Source: Octopus sinensis (Eukaryota). From it: a stretch of DNA of 64,000 nt. Both the position numbers and the translations under genes were made by a program. A model generated the notes under the pieces. That model saw only the letters and a list, made by a program, of their open reading frames with translations, ran no database searches and was not told the DNA's origin. The stretch lies in assembly GCF_006345805.1 (NCBI RefSeq), contig NC_043011.1, positions 56,556,464 to 56,620,463 of the forward strand, read 5' to 3'. Position 1 is the stretch's first letter; each line of letters starts with the position of its first letter. This document shows positions 1 to 10,777 of the stretch, in pieces.

Positions 1-759
1 TCCAGCGTGCTAACGATTCTGCCAGCTTGTTGCCTCATTATCAGCTGAAGAGGAAGTATGGTTCATTTCTTTTAATCACTTCTGGATGGAGCACAGATAA
101 AACAAGCCTCATCAGAATTTGAACTCAAGACGGAGGCAGATGAAACAAAAAACTGTGATGCAATTAATTTCACATTCCACAGTCTTAACACCATTCGCAC
201 TAATTACTCCCTCCCCTCCAGAAAACATGCACTTGTATTTGATGGGTTGGTTTGATAGAATGGTTGACAGAATACATCACATTTTCTTCAAAGCTGTTCA
301 AATTCCAGAGATCAGCATTGGCTTAAAAAGAGATCTAAGTTGTTTCATCTAAACCTCACCCAGTGAAAAATACATTGGACATCAACCCATCTCTTTGTGA
401 AAACTTTAATGAGCAAAAAATGCCAAGAAACCTGTTCTGTTCTGGTCCCTTCCCATTTTTGCTCATCCTTTGTTCTTCACTCCCTCACATAAAGTTTCCC
501 CCTTGTAATTTGTAGTCTTGCAAACTGCATCACAGCTTCACTTAGTGTTAGTGCCACATAAAAGCACCCAGTGCCACTCTGTAAAGTGGTTGGCATTAGG
601 AGGGGAATCCAGCCATGGAAACCAAGCCAGAGCAGATACTGGAGCAGTCCTTGGCTCCATTGAATCTTGTCAAACCATCCAACCCATGCCAGCATGGAAA
701 AAGGATGTTATATGATGATGATGATGATTTTGGTAGTGATGGTGATGACAACAACGACC

Positions 760-790
<31 letters not shown>

Positions 791-794
791 GTTA

Positions 795-975
795 AGGTTT
801 TTCTGACATCAGCTCGGCATGCTAAAAGTACCAGAGAACATTGCTTTTCATGTCCAATTGTTTTTATATTAATAATGCTGCTTTCCCGGAAGTTCTTAAT
901 GGTAGCATTACTTGGGATGTCAAAAACCATTTGAGTGTCATCCATGTTTTTTTATTGTTGACAGATTTTATCAAT
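795..975 (-). mobile_element. pogo/Tigger-like DDE transposase relic
   Basis: Minus-strand translation NMDDTQMVFDIP...IKTIGHEKQCSLVLLACRAD resembles the pogo DDE_1 motifs NMDETP and KTTGHEK..TVVLAC.ADG; fragmentary. Confidence 0.7.
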
Positions 976-1059
976 AATGTTTACACTCAGTGATTACATA
1001 TTTATGGAATTGTTGCTTTATATTCTTCACTGGTATAATGTAAACCAGTTCCATATTCC

Positions 1060-1620
1060 TGGATCTCATTTACACGCCATCTCCTGCTCCTCAAATGTAT
1101 TGTCTCCTCATTCTGGTTTTTTCAACTGCTACTATGATGGTTTCTGCTCGTCAGAGCTGGCTGGACTCATACCTATTTCTTTATTACCCACAAGGAGCTA
1201 AACACAGAGGGGACAAACAAGGACAGACATAGGTATTAAGTCGATTACATCGACCCCAGTGCGTAACTGGTACTTAATTTATCGACCCTGAAAGGATGAA
1301 AGGCAAAGTCGACCTCGGCGGAATTTGAACTCACAACATTACGCAGACGAAATACCGCTAAGCATTTCACCCGGCATGCTAACGTTTCATACCACCTCCA
1401 CTTAGGTATTGCTGAGTCTCTCATCTCTTCTCATCACCCTTCTTCGGTTCACTCTCCTTTCCTCAGACTCTGCAGGAATCCTTTAACACCCAGTCTTTCT
1501 TTCCTTTCCAGAACATCGACTTTCTACAATTCCCTTCCTTGCTAATGTCTTTCCTGCAGATGTTGACTTACAAAGGTTCAAAAGAACATTAATGGCATCA
1601 ATCTCATTAATCTACAAAGG
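1060..1620 (+). mobile_element. CR1/L2-clade LINE ORF2 3' relic, interrupted by a SINE
   Basis: Translations FFNCYYDGFCSSELAGLIP / PPLRY and SRTSTFYNSLP..NVFPADVDLQRFKR resemble CR1/L2 ORF2 C-termini; the frame is restored when the SINE at 1174-1386 is removed. Confidence 0.65.
1174..1386 (-). mobile_element. tRNA-derived SINE, family A, slightly 5' truncated
   Basis: Near-identical to copies at 30000-30233 and 52988-53200; flanked by 7-bp TSD tcatacc (1167-1173 and 1387-1393). Confidence 0.9.
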
Positions 1621-3155
1621 CCATTCAGGCCATGGGCCCTGCTCCTTCCTTCACATCCCTTCCAATAAAAAGAAACAAACAAAAAAAAATGACTATCATC
1701 ATCATCATCATCGTTGTCACTTAATGTCCATTTCCCATGCTGGCATCATTTGGACCATATTTGAGTAATACTATATTTGAACGCTGCTGTGGTTACTTGT
1801 ATCCATGGATACCTGTACTATTTTGGTTCCGCTATCCAAGCAGTTGACAATAAATCCATTTCTGCATAATTCCCAAACCCAACGATATAAATCTTTCTTC
1901 AATTTCTTACATGGAGCAACACTTAACCCTATTTCCTTTCTAGTATTTTCTTGACCGTTTCTTTTCATTTTCGCCAATGTTTTACTAGTTCTTTATTTTC
2001 CTAGCACACACAACTCTCTGTCTGTCTCTCTCTCTCCCCACTATAACTTCCACAGTCTTCAATCTATTTAGCAACATGTAGCTCCATGTTTTGATCTTTA
2101 ACCTTTTGTGCTCACAGTTAAGTCTTTCTTTTGACACCTTTTCCTCTTAGAAGTAGAATTTTTTTCAGCATTTCTGCCAACAACTCTGTGCTTGTACAGG
2201 TGAGATGTTTACAGTTTAGACAGGTGTCACAGATATGACGTGTATCTTCAGAATCTGTATTGGGTTTCTGGTAGAATTGAATTCTTCTGCTTAAATGGTC
2301 TTATTTGCCTTTCACTTGATGTTATCTTTGTATATTTGTTTGCAAAATCAATTTCCAGATAAAACACGCAGTGACATGACCACCCATCCTTCATTTGTTT
2401 GGAAGGGCTCTTAGGACTGTCATGAGCCTTGTGACTCTTAAGGCTGGAGTTCAACCCAATTTCCCTGGTGCATAAGTGACTGAGATTATTATGCCCACCC
2501 CCAATGAATGGGTTACCAATCCATCACAAGCTATTGGTGGAGCCCTTTTACAGCTGAGTGAACTGGAGCAACATGAGACGAAGTGTTTTGATCCAGAACA
2601 CAATGTACCACCTGGTCCAGGAACTGAACCCCTAATCTTTCACTCATGAGTGCAACACCCTAACCAGTAGGTCAAACACCTTGGTATGTGGTAGTACATG
2701 CTACAAATGTGAAACTCAGAGCAAGGTTCACTAGATGAGATGCCATGTAGCTTTGTACTCTTTTTCTTTTTTTTCTTTTACCATTTTTGAGTGAGAGTCT
2801 GCTCCTTATCTCTGAGCATGAAGAGTATCTCATTTAGCAAGATGAAAATTCAAAGTGAACAGGTCAATAATGAATGTGAGATGTTGAACTCCCAACTTTG
2901 AAGCAATATTCAATGGGAAACCACAATCCTATCTGAAAATTAATATGGAGCCAGCGTTCTTTTGTTTGTTCTTCTTTTTTTAGTCTTTATTTTTTTTTGT
3001 TTTGTTTTGTTATTGAAACAGTTAATCTTTGCACAACAACAATAAATATAAAGCAAATCACAAGATACGTTGTAAAATGTTGTAATATAAACGTTACTTC
3101 ATCTCTATCACTTTCTCTGGTTTGGTTGCTTCAAAAGATTTCAATATATTTCCAG

Positions 3156-3272
3156 GCAGAACTTGACCGTTTCCAGGATACAATCACTTTACTCAAGGAC
3201 TATTACAATATTCCTGATAAACTAGTTCCTCCGATAGCAGAACTGAATTTTTCAAGACTTCCCCTTCTTGAG
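3156..3272 (+). CDS. SPEF2: SPEF2 internal exon A (phase 0 to 0)
   Basis: ttccag|...|gtaatg; AELDRFQDTITLLKDYYNIPDKLVPPIAELNFSRLPLLE matches the SPEF2 motif ELDRFQDT..LL.DYY as I recall it. Confidence 0.9.
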
Positions 3273-4487
3273 GTAATGATTATTTCTTATCATTATGCTT
3301 CTCAAAAAAAAAGAACCCCTCCCACCCCAGATGTGATTAAGGAAAGTACACAATGAATTAGATTGATTCCTCAAATATAATTGATATAATTAATGCTGAC
3401 TTCATTGACCCCAGGGTGGATGATTTACTGAATCTGCCCTCAACAGATATGAATGGAGAACCTAGAAATATGAATAGAAAGCTAAATACTGTAAAATATT
3501 TAGTGATAAAGGAGTTTTAAGAAAATATTGTATGCATATATGTGTATTTGTATATATAAAAGAATGTGTGTGTATATATAATATATACATATAAATATAT
3601 ATATATATATATTTGTAATGTACTGCAGTACACTTTCCACCTGCCAAAATTTCACTGTTAAGATAATGGTCAGCACAAAGCTCCATTAAAAGTCACGTGA
3701 CCAAAATATTCTAAAGTGGAACCAAAACCCACATGGTTGCAGAGGGAACTTATGAAGCACATGATGATGTCTTGTATGCTACTGGTTCACCTGTCTCTGC
3801 TTCATCATAGCATCCCATGCTTATGTTGAAAAGCTCTTCGTCTTCTTTCTTTACTCAAGATGAACAAATTCACAAATAGAAGACAGAACCGAATGCCTAT
3901 CAACTATTCATTTCAATGAAAGGCCAGATCATAAAAACTAACTCTTTAATACGACTCCAACTTTCGATTAATCAGCCCAGGTATAGTAAGCACACTAGTG
4001 TTTTGTCTTAAAATTAGACAAACTGCAAGGCTTATACAGCAGAAAGTAGTACGTCTATCATTGACTAGTTTATTGAGATAAAGAACAAAATGTCTTAAAC
4101 ACCACATACATCAACATTGTGGAATTCTTCCCATCAATCAGGAAATTCATGCTCATAAACCACCTAAACTTTGGAAGAAGATTTGCCATCATTAATAAAT
4201 GATAAATAAGTGTAATAATTTACTCAACTATAAGTCACTCTGACTCATCATCATCGTTTAGCGTCCGCTTTCCATGCTAGCATGGGTTGGACGGTTCAAC
4301 GGAGGCCAGTCGGGGCGGCGCTGGCAACAGCAATGTTCGGATGGTTCTTTTACGTGCCACTGGCACTGGTATCACAACTACAATTTCCATTAATTTTTGA
4401 TCGATTTCGATTTCACTTGCCTCAACAGGTCAATAAGCCTGAAATTTGACAGAATCAAACCTGAATGCTGAAGGGTTGAAGAGGTTT

Positions 4488-4640
4488 ATTTACATTTGCT
4501 TTGCCAGTTTCACAATTTCCTGATTTTCCAAAAGTTGTGTGAAGTGAATGGATCCGGAGCCAGGCATTGCTCCACTTTCCTCCATCTCACAATGCTTTTA
4601 GAAATCATGAAACTGTGAAACTGGCCAAGGAAGTGTAAAT
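4488..4640. repeat. Diverged inverted repeat, probable MITE relic
   Basis: 39-bp arms 4488-4526 and 4602-4640 are reverse complements with 5 mismatches. Confidence 0.6.
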
Positions 4641-4799
4641 ATGTCTTTTTTTAAAAATGTTAAGGCTATTTTTATCTTTTCATTTTGATGTTCTTTCAAA
4701 AGGATTGAACATCACATTTTCTTTACTCTTTGACCAAAATATTTTAGCCTTTCATGTCAAGTACATCAACATCAAAATAAATATCAAATGGAAATTGTG

Positions 4800-5135
4800 G
4801 TTATGATACCTGTGCCGGTGGCACGTAAAAAGCACCATCCGAACATAGCTGATGCCAGCGCTGCCTTAACTGGCTTCTATGCCGGTGGCACATAAAAAGC
4901 ACCAACTGATCATGGCTGCTGCCAGCCTCCCCTGGCACCTGTGCCAGTGGCACATTTAAAAGCACCCACTACACTCATGGAGTGGTTGGTGTTTGGAAGG
5001 GCATCCAGCTGTAGAAACACTGCCAGATCAGACTGGAGCATGGTGCAGCCTCCTGGCTTTCCAGATCCCAGTCAAACTGTCCAACCCGTGCTAGCACGGA
5101 AAACGGATGTTAAACAGTGATGATGATGATGATGT
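4800..5135 (+). mobile_element. RTE 3'-tail repeat ending in (GAT)n
   Basis: Same sequence as the 3' end of the LINE at 7150-8170 and many other copies; contains gtgccggtggcacgtaaaaagcacc units. Confidence 0.8.
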
Positions 5136-5368
5136 CAATTTGGAAAGTTCTTGGAAAATTCCATAGAAACTCAATCAACAAAACAATGGTAGTCATTTTC
5201 AAATACATGAGTTAATTCCACTTAAATGGAAGATGGTAAGCAGACTTTTAACTAAAGTCATGCATCAGAAAATTGTCCCTATTTATGTGAAAATGTTGGT
5301 TGGATTGAAAAATACCTCCTCTAATTCAATTGGCTTATTTTGTGAAAAATTTTTCTTTGTTTCTGAAG

Positions 5369-5547
5369 TCAGCGATTCCTGATTCATTCTTTGAGAACGA
5401 AGGGCTTGGTCTCCACGATTTGAAGGTATTAAAAGACAGGGCAAGTTCTCGAACTTCATCAAAGCAACCAAAGAAAGGAAAAGAGAAAGAAAAGGAAGAG
5501 GAGAAACCCGAGAACAACGACGTTGTTACTATTTCTATTCGACTTAA
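5369..5547 (+). CDS. SPEF2: SPEF2 internal exon B (phase 0 to 2)
   Basis: ttctgaag|TCA...CTTAA|gtaagt; SAIPDSFFENEG...NNDVVTISIRL; 179 nt; phases join exons A and C. Confidence 0.8.
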
Positions 5548-6343
5548 GTAAGTAACGAGGTTCAACTTTTAAATGGAATATTTGGTTCAGCCTTGGTTGC
5601 GTTTGTGCATCCAATCTTTGTATAAATTTACATAATTGATTTTGTTTTAGCAACAGTTTAGAATCAGACATAATCTTGTATTAAAGGGATCCACCTTTCA
5701 ATCAAAGGGTGCTAGTTTCAATCCCACTGAGTGACACCTTGGGCAAGTGTCTTCTGCTGTCACTTATTAAAAAGAAAATGGTACACAGAAATTATGTGGG
5801 AGGTCATTGTGTGTGTGTGTGTGTGTGTGTGTGTGCACTCCTTTGAAAAAAGTGCCTTAAGTTGCATCTCTTCTCATCAAAAAGTGCTTAAAAAGCTTTA
5901 AAAAACCTTCAGTCACAAGTATGCATGGCCTTGTAGAATATTTATTTCAGGGGACTGTGATGTAGTTGTGGGCAGATATACACACTCTGTTGGTCCTCTG
6001 ACATCCCACAATCATTACTGGTACTCATTTTCAGCCGAGCAGACTGGGGCAACACGAAACAAAGTGTCTTTCAGAATGACACAGTGTGTGTGAATTGAAC
6101 CCACGAACCTTATGATTGTTAAGTTCATCACCGTGACCACTAAGCCATGCACCTTCACACATCACAAGGTAACGTAGTCATCTTAATAAAGCAAGTGATT
6201 AGATATTGGTTCCTCTGATTGCTTGCCACGAGCTTTGTAAAATATGGAAGCGGACTTTCAACTGCAGCAGATGAAATGAAAAGTTAATATGATCGTTTCC
6301 CAAATTGTTTTGTTTAGTTCTTAGAAAATGTTTTCTATTTCAG

Positions 6344-6503
6344 GATTCCTTTGATAAATCCATCAACATTGCGATACTGTTCTCCTGAGGTTAAAAGAGC
6401 AAACAAAGACGGAGCGGAAGATGGCACAGAAGCTGCAGAAAGAAATATTCTGGAGACTTATCAATATTCCCATCAGCAAGCACTTACCGAAATATCTAAC
6501 ATT
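6344..6503 (+). CDS. SPEF2: SPEF2 internal exon C (phase 2 to 0)
   Basis: tttcag|G ATT CCT...AAC ATT|gtatgt; (K)IPLINPSTLRYCSPEVKRANKDGAEDGTEAAERNILETYQYSHQQALTEISNI; in a frame not shown in the ORF track. Confidence 0.85.
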
Positions 6504-7149
6504 GTATGTAAGAGAATTTACCAAGAATAATTCTTTGAGAACAATTCACTACGTAAATAGTTACTTCTTAAATAGTTCCTTACCAAATTGCAAAAGAACT
6601 AAAAGATCATTTGATGGAAAACCCATCAGTTTGGTCTCTATAGGCTCCATAAATAGGATCTGGGAATATTGGTAAATGAGCTTTGTTTAGCCGTGTGGTT
6701 AACATGTTTGGTCCTCAACCATGTAGTTTTTGGAATGCTCCAGTTTGACATTATCATTAGCAAATGTCTTCTGTTGACTAAAGTCTTGGGAGTGAAATTT
6801 GGTAAATGGAAATTGTGAAAGCCCTTTGGATAATTATATGCATACACATGCATGCGTATACATATATGTATGCATGTTGATGCACACTCACATGCACATG
6901 TATACACACACACACACACACACATATATATATGAAAAGCACCCAGGACACTCTTTAAAGTGGTTGGTGTTAGGAAGGGAATACAGCCATAGAACCCCAT
7001 GCCAGAACAGACAATTGGAGCCTGGTGCTGCTCTCCGGCTGGTCAGCTCCTGTCCAACCCATGCCAGCATGGAAAACAGATGTTAAATGGTGATGATGAT
7101 GTGTGCGTGTTTGTGTGTGTGTTAATATAAACAAACTGACATTTGTTTT

Positions 7150-8170
7150 TATTATTAGCAAAAACCAAAGTCTTAGTAAGTAGGAAGGCAGACAAATCAC
7201 AAATCTCTTCAGGTAGACGGCCCTGCTTGATCTGGGGAAAAGGCGTAGGTAGAAACTACGTAAGATGCACCCTGTATAAGCTTTGGACACATAAAAGATG
7301 CAGCAAAATCAAAGGAAGATTAACAGGGAAAATAGCTTTTGTATGTGGAATATGCACAGGTACAATAAATGCTGAAAATGTGCAGAAAATAGACTCCATC
7401 AACTGCCAGAGGGGTAAGCTAGAGGTAGTAGATAGCTTCTGTTATCTAGGTGAACAAGTTAGTAGCAGAGGTGGATGCTTCGAGGGTATAGCTATGAGAA
7501 TAAGAATAAGTTGGGCAAAGTTTGGAGAGCTTTTACCCTTGCTGGCAACAAAGGGTCTCACCCTCAGAGTGAAAGGCAGATTGTATGATGCCTGTGTGCA
7601 TACAGCTAAGCTACATGGCAGTGAAACATGGGCTGTGACTGCTGAGGACATGCGTAGGCTTGAAAGAAATGAAGCCGGTATGCTTCATTGAATGTGCAAT
7701 GTCAGTGTGCACGTTTGACAGAGTGTAAGCATCTTGAGAGCAAAATTGGGCATAAGAGGCATCAGATGTGGTGTGCAAGAGAGACAACTGTGCTGGTATG
7801 AATATGTGATGGATATGGACGAGGACAGCTGTGTAAAAGAATGCCGATCTCTAATTGTGGAGAGAACCTGTGGTAGAGGTAGATCCAGGAAGACATGAGA
7901 TGAGGTAGTAGAGCATGACCTTTGAACTTTGGGCCTCATGGAGACAATGACTGGTGACTGAGACCTTTGGTAATATGCTGTGCTTGAGAAGACCTGTGAA
8001 GCCAAGTGAAATCACAGTCAGTGCAGTTACTGGTGTCATGAAAATGGCACCTGTGCAGATGGCACATATTAAAAACACCCATTACACTCTCAGAGTGGTT
8101 GGCGTTAAGAAGGACATCCAGCTGTAGAAAACCATGCCAAATCAGACTGGAGTCTAGTGCAGCCTTCCAG
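7150..8170 (+). mobile_element. RTE-clade LINE, 5'-truncated, decayed ORF2 C-terminus plus 3' UTR
   Basis: ORF 7143-7691 has C..C..W.HKRCS..KG (Cys/His insert), LEVVDSFCYLG, WAKFGELLPLL, KGRLYDACV...LHGSETWA; stops and frameshifts follow. Confidence 0.9.
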
Positions 8171-8390
8171 TGGGCTTCTTTCAGTTTCTGTTCACCAAAT
8201 CCACTCACTAGGATTTCATCAGCCGAAGGTGCTGCACAATGGGACTGAACTCAAAACCACATGGTTGAGAAACAAGCTTCTGAACCACAGCAATCCCTAA
8301 ACACACACGCCTACCTCCACCACCACACCTAATATTCATATAAATAAATCTGTTATCTGAGCAATATATAGACGTTGAAGGAAAGTAATT

Positions 8391-8502
8391 TAGAATGGTA
8401 GTATACTGTCAATCTAACACGAACGTGACAGTAGGGAGTACACCACCGCTGTTTAGCCCTACTGTTACGTTCGTGTTAGATTGACAGTATACTACCATTC
8501 TA
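8391..8502. repeat. 46-bp near-perfect hairpin with 20-nt loop
   Basis: Arms 8391-8436 and 8457-8502 are reverse complements except one G-T pair. Confidence 0.95.
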
Positions 8503-9751
8503 TCGCCCCACCACCATACATGTCTCTATGAGAGATTTAGAAATTTAGTATTTCTGAAAGTAATTTAGTTCAGTCAGAACTATGTCCCTTTAAGGTCGAC
8601 TTTCCCTTGAAATCCCTTCTGAGATTCATAAAAAGAAATTCCAAAAAATGTGCTGGAATCAAGTAAAATCTTTGAAGGTTTTACCCCAGCATGGCTGCAA
8701 TCCAATGATCGAAGCCAGTAAAAGAATGGATGAAGTATTTTAAACCCAATATGATCTTAAAATAATGCCCAATGTAACTATATGGCATTATTGAATTCCC
8801 GTTTCTTTGTTTATCAGACATCAGTGGAATAACTCAGTTGTGTTTCATAGAAGAGTTATTAATTATAGAATTAAGACAAATGTTGCAAAAATATGCTTTC
8901 ATTATTTTACTGACTTCAATTTTCCTTACTTCAGAACTTTAAAAAATACATTTAGCAAATATTAAAAAAAAAAAGTTTTAAAAAGGATATATTTATTTAT
9001 ACAATATTATTTCACAGTATATAAACACATGTGAATACATACCTATATACACACATATATAGACATACATGCTTGTATAAACACACATCCATACATACAT
9101 ATAAACATATACATACCATACATACATATATACATTACAAAGTTGTATGTAACACACATAATCACACACACACACACACACACATGAATACATACATTCT
9201 TACATAAACACACTGCCACGCATGCTCACATACATACATAAACACACACACACACACACAGCTATGCATGAATTATACAAAGAAATAGCTAAACATAGAT
9301 TGATAAAAGAAAACCAGAGAAATTTCTGAAATTTTCTTGTAAATTGTGAAATAAGTGGTAAATTATTTCAAAATAAATTGTTCTCGTAAAATTGTTCTCA
9401 CTGAACTTTCTCTATGGTATTGTTTCTATGTTTGTAATTCAAAAAAATATCTCTGTCCTTACACACATACATACATATGTATGTGTGTGTGTGTTCCAAG
9501 CTTTTTTATTTTGTTATTTTTGGTGTGTATTCTCTTGGAATTGATTTGGTATATTCTTTTATTTTTGTTTCTTCTACCTGGTTACCATTTCCACTGATTC
9601 TAGCTCCATCAGAATCAGTGAAATGGAAAAAAAACTTGCAAAAGTTAAAATGCTGTTTGTTTCTGGTGAAAATACATTTATTGGCAATGAATAGCGACAT
9701 CTTTACACGTCTGATAAATATGAAGTACATTTCAGTCGCATTATGTATGTA

Positions 9752-9804
<53 letters not shown>

Positions 9805-10395
9805 GTATATATGTAAGTATGTTTGTGTGTGTGTTTGTATGTGTTTATGTATGTATGTATATATATTGTTAGTCTAGTAAGTATTTTAATGAAATTTAAT
9901 CAATCGTTACAAAATATAATTATTTATAAAGATCTTATTTTTTCTTTGCAAATCAACCAATCAAGGAGGTGTTACGTGTTTTGTGCATAAGTCTAATAAT
10001 CAATCGATTGCTTAGCTTTTCCTAATCAAATGCATCCATCATTGGGTTATTATTAGATTTATTGACTGGAATAGGCCCCAGAATTGAAGCATAAGGAACC
10101 ACTTGTTCTTTATAGAGAGCTCTTATAGGTTGCAATGGTTAGGTGCATCTCTGTTGCTTGGAACCTTACTGCAGCTAGGTAGACTGGGCCATTTGCTTCA
10201 GCTGCAGCCTTGCTGTGGGGCTGCGTTTATGGGTCTAGTCCAATAAATCAAACCCAGTACTTAATTTCTAAGTCTGGCACTTATTTTGTCAGTTTCTTTT
10301 GCTGGACTGGTAAGTTATGGGACATAAAGAAACCGGCACCAGTTGTCAAGCAGTAGGGAAGACAAACACAAACACAAACATCACACATGCATACA

Positions 10396-10435
<40 letters not shown>

Positions 10436-10699
10436 AGGTAAAACTACCTTCTCAAGTCATGTCAACTCATAAAGGCCAGTTTCCCGGTTCATGGCACTCC
10501 CTTCCTGGAAGGGATGCTGGTCCATTGCAGGATGACTCATTTTTGTCAGCCAAGTGGACTGGAGCAATGAGAAATGAAGTATTTTGCTCAAGAACACTAC
10601 GCATTGCCTGGCCCAGGAATTGAAACCACAAGCTTACGATCATGAGTCCAACACTCTAACCACTACATTATGTGCCTCCACTATATATACATATATATA

Positions 10700-10744
<45 letters not shown>

Positions 10745-10745
10745 A

Positions 10746-10777
<32 letters not shown>

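Noticed and set aside
3692-3701. Perfect gtcacgtgac E-box/CLEAR palindrome (second copy at 45620-45629)
   Set aside because: Intronic 10-mers far from any visible promoter, with no supporting evidence of function
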